The notes beneath the pieces were generated by a model. That model searched no databases, was not told where the DNA came from, and saw only the letters and a program-made list of their open reading frames with translations. A program made the translations under genes and the position numbers. 64,000 nt of DNA, from assembly GCA_963514005.1 (NCBI GenBank), contig OY740807.1:11222001-11286000 (forward strand), in the 5' to 3' direction. How positions within the stretch are numbered: position 1 is the first letter of the stretch; every line of letters starts with the position of its first letter. This DNA comes from Raja brachyura (lineage: Eukaryota). This document shows, piece by piece, positions 37,257-49,803 of this stretch.

Positions 37257-39813
37257 GATCTTTGACAGCGCTAGTCCAGCAACCGTTGGAAAAAATTAAT
37301 GTTTTTGCAATGACGATCTTTGAGATTAAATTATCCCGAAAATGAATGTTTCTCTAAAAATGAGAAGTAAACTTCTCTCGCTGCTGCTAGAGTAGTGCTC
37401 TCAAAGTGACAAGAAAGCTGTGCTCACTTGATCACTACGATGTGCTGATGAAAAGGAATACTGTGTGCGTAGAAACGCACCTCGAATACATATTGCTAAC
37501 CAAAATGTTAGCAGAAGTGCTCAACATCAAGATCGTGCTGCTTCCCAAGAAAAGAAACGGACATGGCATAGCAGAAGAGAGAGAATGTTTGGTAGGTTAG
37601 GTGTATTAAATGCATTTTCGACTGACAATATTTTCGATTTACGATGGGTTTATTGGAACGTAACCCCATCGTAAATTGAGGAGCACCTGTAGTCCCCCCC
37701 ATTTCAGGACACCATAATCTTTGGGACACATGGCTTCACAGATGTTTGTAATTGCTTAGGTGTGTTTAATTCCCTCCTTAATGCAGGTATAAGAGAGCTC
37801 TCGGCACTTAGTCTTTCCTCCAGTCTTTCCATCGCCTCTGGAAACTTTTATTACTATTTATCAACATGAGGACCAAAGTTGTGCCAATGAAAGTCAAAGA
37901 AGGCATTATGAGTCTTAGAAACAAGAATAAAACTGCTAGACACAGCTAATTTAGGCTTACCAAAATCAACTGTTTGGAACATCATTAAGAAGAAAGAGAG
38001 CACTGGTGAGCTTACTAATCGAAAAGGGACTGGCAGACCAAGGAAGACCTCCACAGCTGATGATAGAAGAATTATCTCTGTAATAATAAAGAAAAATCCC
38101 CAAACACCTGTCCGACAGATCAGAAACACTCTTCAGGAGTCGGGTGTGGATTTGTCAATGACCATTGTCCGTAGAAGACTTCATGAATGAAAATACAGAG
38201 CAAGATGCAAACCACCGGTTAGCCGCAAAAATAGGATGGCCATGTTACAGTTTGCCAAGAAGTACTTAAAAGAGCAACCACAGTTCTGGAAAAAGATCTT
38301 GTGGACAGATGAGACAAAGATTAACTTATGTCAGAGTGATGGCAAGAGCAAAGTATGGAGGAGAGAAGGAACTGCCCAAGATCCAAAGTATACCACCTCA
38401 TCTGTGAAACACGGTGGTGGGGGTGTTATAGCCTGGGCATGTATAGCTGCTGAAGGTACTGGCTCACTTATCTTCATTGATGAAACAACTGCTGATGGTA
38501 GCAGCAAAATGAATTCTGAAGTGTAAAGACACATCCTTTCCGCTCAAGTGCAAACAAATGCCTCAAAACTAATTGGCCGGTGGTTCATTCTACAACAGGG
38601 CAATGATCCCAAACATACTGCTAAAGCAACAAAGGAGTTTTTCAAAGCAAAAAAATGGTCAATTCTTGAATGGCCAAGAATCACCCAATCTGAACCCAAT
38701 TGAGCATGTCTTTTATATGCTGAAGAGAAAACTGAAGGGGACTAGCCCCCAAAACAAGCATAAGCTAAATATGGCTGCAATACAGGCCTGGCAGAGCAAC
38801 ACCAGAGAAGACACCCAGCAACTGGTGATGTCCGTGAATCACAGACTTCAAGCGGTCATTGCATGCAAAGGATATGCAACAATATACCAATCATGACTCC
38901 TTTCATTTACATGACATTGTTGTGTCCCAAATCTTATGGTGCCCTGAAATGGGGGGGACATATGTATAAACACTGCTGTAATTTCTACATGGTGAAACCA
39001 AAATGTACAAAAATGGCCTTTATTAAAATCTGACAATATGCACTGTAACCACATGTGATTTTTTTTTTTTAATTACAAATCTCATTGTGGAGTACAGAGG
39101 CAAATAAATAAATGATAGGTCTTTGTCCCAAACATTATGGAGGGCACTGTAAATGTTTTTAAATGTTAGGAGTTTGGGAATTTTCTGCATTCATGGGAAC
39201 GTGGATTGTGGAGCTGTGGTGTTGGTCGAGTGAGCATTTCGGAAAGCAGGAAACATGTTTACGAGGAAAAAAGATTGAAAAATGAGTAAAGATTGTCATG
39301 TTGGGCTTGCTACACCAGAAATGTGTGCAGAATTCAGCATTCACTTATAGCAAGGATAAAATGCAGCTGTGGGTTCACCAATGTGTTAACATGAATTGGG
39401 ATTGCAGTTGAAAGAATTTTTCCATTGAGCTGTGGAGTGCCTATAAAGTGGTGTACATCGATAGATCGTTTCATTAATCAATGAATCCCCACTTTAAGGT
39501 TACTGGTGACCTCTGTTTGGAAGGAGTTAGGGAAATGTTTTCTGAAAAAGTTCTCCGCATAGATGCGTGCATGAAACTTTCTCCACAAATTCTGCGAGTC
39601 AATTTTATCCCATATCTCAAATTTTCAACTCATGGTTTGTGAATTGTCTAAGGGCAAATGTCTGTTACCCAAAGCCCATAACGTACTGGTTGCTTGAACT
39701 GAAGGTTTAGGGAAAAGGGGCAGTAATTAGTACTTTGAATTTTTTTCCGCAAATTAAAGTACCAACATTTTCTTCCCCGAGTGTATTGCATAATTACTCA
39801 AGAAATAAGAGTA

Positions 39814-40010
39814 CAGCTGCTCCTCGACCAAATGGTTTACTTTCCGACAAACCCATCGTAAATCGAAAAAGTCGTAAGTCGAAAACGCAATTAACACAAT
39901 TAGATCACGTGTCAGGAAGTGGTGTGCGCCTCGCTGTCGTCGCCGAGCGTTTGCACCATCCAACGGTCAAAATATCGTAAGTCTAAGCATCGTAAATCTG
40001 GGAGCATCTG
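39814..40010. mobile_element. 197-bp MITE of the same Tigger/MER47-like family
   Basis: TA-flanked CAGCTGCTCCTCGAC...GGAGCATCTG, with subterminal ATCGTAA repeats shared with 35374-37689. Confidence 0.8.
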
Positions 40011-40743
40011 TAATTAAAGGTTTCTGTGCAAAGAAACATGGAGAAATTGTAACAATGTGCTGTTACATTGATTCTGCTTTTTAGTTTGTTGTCACATTTA
40101 CCAAGGGACAGTGAAAAGCCTTTTTGTTGCGTGCTCTCGAGTCAGCGGAAAGACTGTATGATTACAATTAAGCCGCTCACACTGCATATATACAGGATAA
40201 TGGAAATAATCTTTAGTGCAAGATAAAGTCCAGTCTGTTTAAACTTAGTCCGAGGATCTCCAAAGAGGTAGATGGTAACTCAGGACCACTCTAGTTGGCG
40301 ATAGGATGGTTCAGTTGCCTGATAACAACTGGGAAGAAACTGTCCCGGAATCTGGGGATGTGCGTTTTCACACTTCTGTACCTCTTGCCTCGTCGGAGAG
40401 GGGCGAAGAGGGAATGTCCGGGGTGAGACTTGTCCTTGATTATTCTAGTGGCCTTACTAAGGCTGTGTTAAATGTGGATGGAGTCAAACTAAACTTTTAA
40501 AAAATTGTCACATTGTGTGCTATTACATTGTTTCTGTGATTTGCAGATAGGATGATATTTGATTGAGGTGGGATGTTGATGATTTCCAGCGTTTAATGTT
40601 GAGAACGCTTAGGATAGTAGTAATCAAGAAGATAAATTTTACAGAACTAAAGTGTTGGCCTTTTGATAATTTCTAGTGCCTGCCTCGGGATTACAGATGA
40701 CAGTCTCTGGTCTTCAATTAAAGATTCTTGCTTTATTTTCCAG

Positions 40744-40892
40744 GCGGAGAAGTTTGATGGATCGGAACAACCAGTGATGGCTGTTAAAGGAGCCCGCCTG
40801 TCAGATTTTGGAGGCAGATCTCTGTCTGTCTTGAGCTCTAGCACCATCTTGATTAACCCTGACATTCCAGAGGCATTCAAACTGAGAGCATG
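40744..40892 (+). CDS. RPA1: RPA1 coding exon (exon 12 equivalent), 149 nt
   Basis: [50 protein letters not shown] with donor TG|gtgtgt. Confidence 0.97.
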
Positions 40893-41872
40893 GTGTGTTT
40901 TTGTTCCCTCCTTGATAGTAGTATTTGATTCTTAAAATGTTTTGTGTATACATTATATGAACACTACCAGGTCTGAAGAAGGGTCCTGACCTGAAATGGT
41001 CATCTATCCATGTCCTCCAGAGATATTACCTGACCCACTGAGTTGCTCCCACACTGTCATTTTTAGTTCTATGTAGAACATTTTTAGTTCCTAGTTTAAA
41101 TTAATCTGGTGCTGGACTGTTGTGCACTTTGTGTTCAGTACGTTTGGATATGACACCTAACATACAGGTTCACTGCTGAACCCTGTTCATTTAGATTCAA
41201 TTATCAAAATGATAAAAGGGAGAAAAATAAATTGCTCGTTCGTCTCTAATTTGTTGCTAAGAGGCACTAGAAAATGTGAGCATATTTAATACCTTTCAAA
41301 AGTGCATACTTTTAATACTTTTAATCTGTTGGAAATGGTTGAAGCAAGTAACCGTGTAGTGCCACTGTTGCTGCATTGACTTTACTGACTTCGACATTCA
41401 GTGCTAACGCAGATCTTTCTCAATTGTGATGATTGTATGTGATGTTTTTCTGAAGGAGATTAATTTAGGACTTTGGACCTAGAGTAGGCCTGCTTGCCAT
41501 CCAGTAAGTCTGTTGCTGATTAGACTGTAACCAGTTCTATTTTCTCACCTAAACTCTGTTCCCTTTCACATCATCGCTCATTGAGAATCTAAGCAATATT
41601 CTATCTCTTTAGCAACATTCAAAGACACTGCTTGCAATTCAAAGACTGCACTTGCATCGCTGGTCTCTTATCTTTGTCCTTTGGAGTTAATTTTATGAGC
41701 AGCACAAGGCCAAAGTAATCAGTAATGTAGTTACTACATCAAAATGATCAGTAATGTAGAAAAGCATACATTTCTGAAAATGACCTCCCAAATTTCAGAG
41801 GGAAAATTTTGCAGCTGTAAACAATGAGTAATGGGAATTGATTTGATAATCTGCAACTGTTTTAGATTAGAT

Positions 41873-41967
41873 GTCTGAAGAAGGGTCTCGACCCGAAACC
41901 TCGTCTATCTCCTCCGCTCCTTAGATGCTGCTGCACCCGCTGAGTTTCTCCAGCCTTTTGTGTACCC
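41873..41967 (+). mobile_element. 95-bp PLE-derived hammerhead-core insertion
   Basis: Contains CTGAAGAAGGGTCTCGACCCGAAACCTC and is flanked by the perfect 16-bp duplication CTGTTTTAGATTAGAT. Confidence 0.85.
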
Positions 41968-42650
41968 CTGTTTTAGATTAGATCTGTGTTAATCTACAGT
42001 AGGATCATTTGTCTTGCCAGTAAGTCTGTAAAAATGCATCCAACTGGCAGTTGGTGTCAATAGTGAAAATCTTTCTTGTAGTTTCCTATCAATAATTCAT
42101 CTTGCAGGCACACAACGCCAGCTTGATATTTTTTCCATTGCCTGCGTGCAACAGTGGGGGTAGGAAAACTGTTTTCAATTTGTGTAATGCATTATATTGA
42201 TAGATGTAGACACAGAAATCAAACCTAGAAGGATCTTAAAATGATGCTGTCATATTTGGGAACTTGCACTTAAAGGGCATTTTGGAGCCAGACGGTTTGA
42301 AATTTAGATCACCCTAATGTAAACCCAGCTTTAAGAACACTAACGTGTGATTGTGGAAGCTTGAGCAGTGCTATTTAATCCTGTTGACACCAAGTTGTGA
42401 GATTTCCTTGTAGCCTTTTTCAAGGCTTTACTTTGGACTGAAACATAAAGGTTATGCAAGTGTAGATCAAATGTTAATGAAACTGATTAAGGTAGTTTAA
42501 AATTGTTTGAATTTAAATCTCTTTACAAAAAAAAATGGTATTTGAAAGCCATTGGAGGTAGATTTTCGCTTTTGACTTATTAACTCGATGCTTGATCTGC
42601 ACCCGGATCAGGTAACACTCAGTCTAAATCTGGAAGACTGCTCTATAAAT

Positions 42651-42760
42651 CTGAAATCTATAAGTCTGAAGAAGGGACTCGACCCGAAACATCACCCATT
42701 CCATCTCTCCAGAGATGCTGCCTGTGCTGCTGAGTTACTCCAGCTTTTTGTGTCTATCTT
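42651..42760 (+). mobile_element. PLE-derived hammerhead-core insertion
   Basis: Contains CTGAAGAAGGGACTCGACCCGAAACATC and is flanked by the 10-bp duplication CTCTATAAAT. Confidence 0.75.
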
Positions 42761-43824
42761 CTCTATAAATGCTTGACTGACTACTTCTAGTAAGTATTGA
42801 TTAAGAAAGAACTGCAGAAGCTGGAAAAATTAAAGGTAGACAAAAATGCTGGAGAAACTCACCCGCTAAGTTTCTCCAGCATTTTTGTCTACCCTAGTTA
42901 GTATTGAGAGCTGTTCTATTGTTTTCCACAACACTCAAACCCAACTAACTCCAGGGACATTGGTGCTGACTTGTGGGCAGTTGTAGACTCCTGGGAACTT
43001 GTTTTGTGCATGCATCCATCCCAATGATAAAATAATATATTTGGCCTACCATTATCTGATACATTGAATCAAGACTCCACTGAGGATGTGGTGTGTGCTG
43101 AGGAATGTGTCTATATCTGTCGAAGGAGTATCGAATTCACCTGAATCTTTGTATTTTTCTGCCGTTCCTCTCTCTCTGACCTTTTCTTTCTCTCTGGCTT
43201 TTTTCTGTCTTTTGACTTTTTTTCTCTTTACTGTCATTTTCTCTCTCTGTCTCTTTTCTCTCTTCCCCCCCCCCCCCCCCCCCCCCCAACACCAGCATAC
43301 ACACAATGGCACCATGGCATGTCTATTCTGGTGTTGGATTGATAAAAACTCCCAAGATTCCAATTCTTCTTTCCACTTTAAACATGTTGATGAAGGTGTC
43401 AGTGTAAACTGAGGACTGAATTTAGGATATGCAGGACACTAGTGCCCATGGAGATATGTTTCATTAAAGACTCAATATTGTAGAAAATGGGCATGGAAAG
43501 ATTGTTATTTTTCCCTGAGTTCTGTGTCACTTGGTCATGTCAATTGCTGTTGGCCCCACATGTGGTGGATTAAACTTGCCATGCAGTCAGTCCAGCATGG
43601 ACTCAGAAGATTGATTCCTGTAAAAGGTTTTTGCTTTACACGCTGAAACTTAAAAGATTGTAGGATGATCTCTTAAGGTTATAAATATTTCAAATTTTCC
43701 ACTCCATGGCCATGATAATGTTTGAATGCTTAGTGTACTTCAGAGTTTATTGTCTGCATCTAACATTTGTTCGAATTGTAAAATATCTCAATGTGAGTGT
43801 TCCTATGTTAACTTTATCTTGCAG

Positions 43825-43954
43825 GTTTGATACTGAGGGCCGGGTGATGGAAGGGACATCTATTTCTGATGTAAAGGGTGGTTCTATGGGAGGAAACGCA
43901 AACTGGAAAGTGATGCTTGAAGTTAAAAATGAAAATTTGGGTCATGGAGATAAG
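43825..43954 (+). CDS. RPA1: RPA1 coding exon (exon 13 equivalent), 130 nt
   Basis: [43 protein letters not shown] with canonical sites; ends in phase 0. Confidence 0.96.
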
Positions 43955-44489
43955 GTGAGTTCTAAGATGGGCTGATTGTTTTGAGCCCCAACTCGTCACG
44001 ATGGTAATTCCAAATATCACCAAGTTGCTTTATATAACTGTTTCATGCTGAGAATTTCGAGTGAATTGTATGACTTTGAGGCCTGTGCTGCACCAGAACA
44101 CTCTTATCCAACCAATTTTGTGTTTCCCTCACTTCAGCCTGTTTTGTCCCCTTCCCTCCTGAATGCTAAACTCTTTTTAAAATTAATTTCTGTGCATGCC
44201 CCAGTATATTATTGTACTGCCCAGGTAACAGTTTGGGAGATTGGTCTGTGCATTGCATGCTATTTGCCTCAAGAATATTGCAGTCATACTGAGCCATCTT
44301 TACCCAATCTATGATTTTTCCACCCATCCACCCAAAAAAAACTGATGATTTTTGTACAGGCTGGCAAGCAAACTTGATTTTTTTTTCCAGATCTGTGCCT
44401 ATTAACACACTGCTTGGGCTATCCTGTAACAAAATACTACAAAGTTGTGATGCTTAAGGTTGCTGTGTCTGACCATGTTTGCAGCTGCA

Positions 44490-45560
44490 ATGAATGAGGG
44501 CAGGACATTGATATTGTCTACATGGACCTTAACAAGGTAATACATGGTGGACTGGTCTGAAAGGTTATCAAATGGGATCCTGAGATAACTAACAAAGTGG
44601 ATACAAAATTGGCTTCGAGGCAGGATACAGAGGCTGGTGGTTCAGACTTGCTTTTCAGATTGGAGGCCTATAACAAGTGGTGTGCTTCAGGAATCGGTGC
44701 TGTCCACCGTAGTAAATTATTTATATTAATTATTTGGGTGTGAATGTTGGTGTCACAGGTTAATAAGTTTGCTGATGTCACTAAAATTGGTAGAATGGAT
44801 GGTGAAGAAGGTTATCCATGGTTCCAACATGATCTTGGTCAACTGGGCCAGTGAGCCAAAGAATAGCCAATTGAGTTTAATTTGGATAAATGCAAGCGTG
44901 TTGCATTTTGGCAAGGCAAACCAGGGCAGGACTTTTACAATAAATGGTAGGGTCCTGGGGAGTGTTGTAAAACGGGGACCTGAGGGTGCAAGTACATAGT
45001 TCCTTGAAAGTGGCAACACAGTGGACGATGGTGAAGATGACATTTGGGATTCTTGCCTTCATTGGTTAGAGAGAAGACTACAGGGTTGTGCTACAGTTGT
45101 ACAAGATGTTGATACGGCTGCATTTGGAGAGCTGTGTACAGTTTGGTCACTTTGCTACAAAAGAGGATTTCATTAAGCTGGAAAGGGTGCAAAAATAGTT
45201 TGACATGTTACCGGGTCTGCAGTATTTGCATTATAAGTGGAGGCTGGTTAGGCTGGATCTTCTTTCCCTGGAGTGCAGGATGCTTAGAAATGACAATAGA
45301 GGTATCAAGAAGTACACACATGGGGTGAATAGCTGTAGTTGTTTCCCCAGAGTAGGAAAGTTTAAAACTAGAGAGTAGTCTAAGGTGAGAGAGGAAAGAT
45401 TTACCTGAAGGAGTACTACTTACTCAAGGAAGAAGGGGGTTAGGCAGGTATATTTAAAAGAGGCTTGATCAGCTACACAAATAGAAACGTTTGGTGGGAG
45501 AGCCCCAGGTGCAGGCTAGTGGGACCAGTTTAGACAATTTGGTCGGCAGTGAAGAAAGGG
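44490..45560 (+). mobile_element. Old degraded CR1 LINE
   Basis: Remnants of VYMD, SGVLQESVL and VLHFGKANQGRTFTINGRVLGSV motifs with many lesions. Confidence 0.7.
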
Positions 45561-45824
45561 AGTTTTTTTTTTGTCGTTGGTTCGTGTTTATCAGTATCTC
45601 ATGATCTAAGTGCAATTTGAAAATCTAAACCATTTGATTTTATCAACCGAACAAGGTAATTGTAGCCTTCAACATCCAGCTTTTGTTTTGGAAGGGGAAA
45701 GAGTGAACTCATAGACAATGAAGCTTGTTCTGCGTGTCTGCTTTTGATACCTGGATTCTCAATCATACAGAACAGTGATTTAACATTGCTTTAAAATTCA
45801 TCTACTTTGTAATAAATTTTAATT

Positions 45825-46063
45825 TAGTTTAAAAACAGGCCCTTCGGTTCACCAAGTCCACACGAACCAGCAATCTCCACACACTGACACTATCCTCCCC
45901 ACTCTAGGGTCAATTTACAATTATATCAAGCCAATTAACCTACAAGCCTGTATGTCTTTGGAATGTGGGAGGAAACCGGAGATCCTGGAGAGGATCTATG
46001 CGGGTCACGGGGAGAACGTACAGACAGTCAGGAATTGTAAGGCAGCAACTCTACCACTGTGCT
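45825..46063 (-). mobile_element. V-SINE / HE1-like SINE
   Basis: Similar to 34360-34655. Confidence 0.7.
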
Positions 46064-47193
46064 AAAATGGGAGGACTGTTTGTTAATGTAGCATGTTATA
46101 CTTTGCATCTGGCTCTCATCAACATTTGGCACTCACTCTCCCAGCTAATGCACTTTGAGGTTTATAGAATGCAAAATGAAGGTTATATACGTTTATTTGG
46201 TAGTCTTTACTGCCCTTCCCACCCATTTCCATTAAACTTTATACAACACACCTTTTTCTTCAAACAATTTAAAAAAATGTTATCCAGCTCTCCTACAGAT
46301 AATATTCTAAAATAATTAGGCATAGACGAGAGTCTGTCACCCGAATGGTTACATGGTTAGGCTGCATTGTACACCATAGACAACTTGGCTCTGCACAAAA
46401 GTACGAAGCAATTGCCTTTTGAGAGGCTTATTCAAATATATTTATAGAGGCAGTAAAAGGCTGAAACAATTCATTTGTTTAGGTACTGTTTTTCTTCCAG
46501 TTAAACTCTTATTTAGAGCATTAAAGTTTCAGTTTCCAAGGGATAAGTGGCAAATGTAGATATCTCCAGTGAATCAGTGGGAAAAGGTAATATAGTGTTT
46601 TTTATTGAAGCCTACTAAATTGCAGACTGACAACTTTATTTGTTTCTCTGCTATAATTGTAGACATTGGCATTAATAATGAATGAAGTTGATACAAATGC
46701 AGGCTAAGTGATGGGGCTGCTAGAAGTAGTTTTATTAACAAGAAATCCATGTAGGTGTAATGTTATTGCTTTTTTTTTATGCTGTGCACCCCTACCTCGG
46801 AAATGTTCATTTAGATTGGTTTACTTCAAGGAAGACATTAATTATAGTTGTGCTTTTCGTGGAGGATAACACATTTTATTTCAAATCATGCACAGGGCTG
46901 CCAACTCTCACGCCTGGAGTGTGAGAATCATGCATTTCGCCAAATTCTCACGCTCTCACACTGATCACAAATTTCTCATGCTCTGTCGTGAGAAATTCTT
47001 TGATCAACGTAAATTTCAGAACTTATATCATCTGCATGGACCGCGGGTGTTGGAGAGCCGGGGCTGAGGGAGGGATGGATGGAAGCAGAAGCAGCAGCGG
47101 GGATGGATGCAGACAGGGAGCCGGGGCTGGCCAGTGTTTGCTGGGCTGGCGAGTGTTTGCCAGGCTGGTGAGTCGCTCACGGCAGCTCTGGCC

Positions 47194-47349
47194 ATGGAGC
47201 AGCCTCAGTGCAAGAGTCCTCGGCCGTCTGAGGCATCGGAAGCGTTGCGCTGCTGCCATGAGAGTCTCTGTGCCGAATTTGCCCAAGTGACTGGTATGGA
47301 CCAGGCTGCAGCTCGGTGCATCCTGGAGGACAACCAGTGGCTGCTGGAA
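47194..47349 (+). pseudogene. TDP2: Captured TDP2-like exon 1 (UBA-like N-terminus) with start codon and splice donor
   Basis: GCCATGG start. Peptide ...ESLCAEFAQVTGMDQAAARCILEDNQWLLE resembles the recalled TDP2 segment LLCVEFASVASCDAAVAQCFLAENDWEME and is followed directly by GTAAGT. No other TDP2 exon is seen in the window. Confidence 0.7.
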
Positions 47350-47463
47350 GTAAGTACCAATCACTAGATAGAAACGGTGGAAGATAATGGCCTTCCAATG
47401 GGGGTCGTTGGAGAAAGAATCCTGCTTGCCTGCTAGATTTTCACTTACTGTAACTGCATGAAA

Positions 47464-47770
47464 AATGATCCCGATGTTCAGAACCAGGGGGTCACAGTTT
47501 AACAATAAAGGGTAGGCAGTTAGGACTGAGATGAGGACAAATTTTCTTCACGCAGAGTTGTGGAATTCTCTGCCTCAGAAGGCAGTGAAGGCCAATTCAC
47601 TGGATGTTTTCAAGAGAGTTATATTTAGCTCTTGGGGCTCGTGAAATCAAGAAATATGGGGGAAAATCAGGAAAGGTACTGATTTTAGATGAACAGCCAT
47701 GATCATATTGAATGGCAGTGCAGGCTCGGGCCGAATGGCCTATTCCTGCACCTATTTTCTATGTTTCTAT
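47464..47770 (+). mobile_element. CR1 3' end fragment
   Basis: CR1 3' UTR and TTTCTATG tail. Confidence 0.8.
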
Positions 47771-49803
47771 GCTTGAGTATATGGCAATAAAACTCGACCA
47801 CTTGATTTTGAAGCATTCATGCATGATGGAGGTATAATGTAGTCATAGAGTGATACAGTGTGACAACAGGCCCTTGCAGCGCAACTTGCTCACACCCGCC
47901 AACTGCCCACCCTGTCCTATCCATGTATCAGTCTAACTATTGCTTAAATGTTGGGATAGTCCCTGCCTCAACTACCTCATCTGGCAGCTTGTTCCATACA
48001 CCCACCACCCTTTGTGTGGAAAAAGTTACCTCTTAAAAATACTTCAAACAAAAACCATTGAAATTATACTTCTACAATGCATTAAAACATGATTTTAATA
48101 CTTCAAATTTCAAAACGTTCATACCATTGGAGGGGTAACACCCCCCTCCCACAACCTCCCCCCACACGGTTGCTGCACTCTCTCGCAGGGTACCCCCAAA
48201 ACCAGTGATCAGTGATCGCTTAGCCACCCCACTGAAAACGCTCAGTGGCCCCAGGTGCAGACAGAGACCACTGCCAGATGTAAGCGGGGAACTGAGGCCA
48301 GTCGTCCATGATGTCTGGATCCCAATGCTCAGCGCTTTGTGTTTCGGAGTTTGCTAATGTTATTGATTTGTAATTAGTTGACAAAACCTTAATTTATTAT
48401 TCCGGAATATCCAGGGGGATGGGATAAGTGGAATATTGAAATGACATGCAAGGTGTTAGGCTGTCTGTCACAACATACAGCCTCGATAACCCATTATTTC
48501 CTACAGTTAAATGTTGGGAAGGTAGCACTTGTCATTTGCCACTCAACTATTATGTTTGTTTACCTTACTGACTGTTTCTAACCCCCACCTCCCCAAATTC
48601 CTTTGACAGGTTGTATAGAAATGTCCACAATCTCATTGTTTTATTAATTGAACATGTAGATGAACATCCTTAAGGAGTGTAATCAGATGGAAACTGATTC
48701 AGATGCGATGTTTAAGAGCTTGTTCAAAGAAGGGGCATATTTTAATGGAGTGACAAAGATACTTGCAGTGGAATGTGTGAGGAGGTTATTATTTGTCTTT
48801 AGTTTTGGCTTGAACCAGGACATCTGAAGATTCAAAGTTTAATAAAGTAATTGTGCTGATACTGACTCCAACCAACCATGTAATGAATATCATCCATTCC
48901 GGAGGATTTATTTTTCTGATGTCATTCAAACTTCACTTGGATTTCAATCACTTCAATGTAAAAGTAGTTGGGAATGGGGAGCATTGGAACAAAAATTTGC
49001 CCTTGGTACATATTAACTGTAATATAATAATGTATGCATGTTGGTAGGTGCAATCAAAACACAGACCTTTTTTATCATTGTTGTGTTATGAATACCACAG
49101 AAAATATTATGTTCTCTGAAGATCACATTTAAGTGAATAACATTGTGTAAATATATAGTTATTGGACTGCATTTTGGAAAAGTCCCAGCTGAGAGGAAGA
49201 CAGCAAATTGCTGAAAATATTGGGGGTGAAAATGACTTCAGGACAGTTTGTTAGGAAAATGAAGTAAATGGTGACAGAATACTTATACAGCTGAGTGAGT
49301 ATAATTTTATGGATGAGAAATTGTGTTCAACCAATTGATGACTTCTTTGATAAAGTAACTAGCATGTTAGATAACAAGGGAGCCAATGGATGTAGCAAAT
49401 TTTGTTATACAAAATGTGGTCTGTGAAGAGCCCCATAAAAGATTACCGCATTAGATAAGCACCTGTGGACTTGAACGTAATAGGTTTATGTATGAGCCAG
49501 ATATATTTTGAGTGCAGAGAGGCTAGGAGCAAGGCCAAGTGTGCATCCAGAGTCAAGGTCTGGAATAGTACTAGGTGTGCAGTCAAAGCTGGGACCAGGG
49601 GTGTGTTCAGCACTGGGAACCTAAGCATGTAAGCAGCTATGATCAGGGTAGAATAGGGGGCCAGGTGTAAGGCTGTACTCATTGTCAAGAATGAGAGAAG
49701 GTATGCGACTGGAGTCGGGGTCAGGAGTAGTACCAGGTGTGCAGTGAGACCCAGGGTGGGCCAAGTGTGTGATTATAATTTGATTTCCATACATGAATAT
49801 ACT

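Larger units (their letters stand above)
35374..37689. mobile_element. Tigger/MER47-like non-autonomous DNA transposon
   Basis: TIRs CAGATGCTCCTCGACTT and AAATTGAGGAGCACCTG with TA duplicated at 35372-35373 and 37690-37691. Confidence 0.85.
35195..39149 (+). mobile_element. Tc1 (DD34E) transposon copy 3, left TIR split by nested insertions
   Basis: TA-flanked ends. The left TIR stops at 35373 and resumes at 37692; transposase remnants span about 37866-38896. Confidence 0.93.

Noticed and set aside
43052-43412. Lys/Arg/Glu-rich and Phe/Leu/Ser-rich ORFs
   Set aside because: They derive from a CT-rich simple repeat and a poly-C run.
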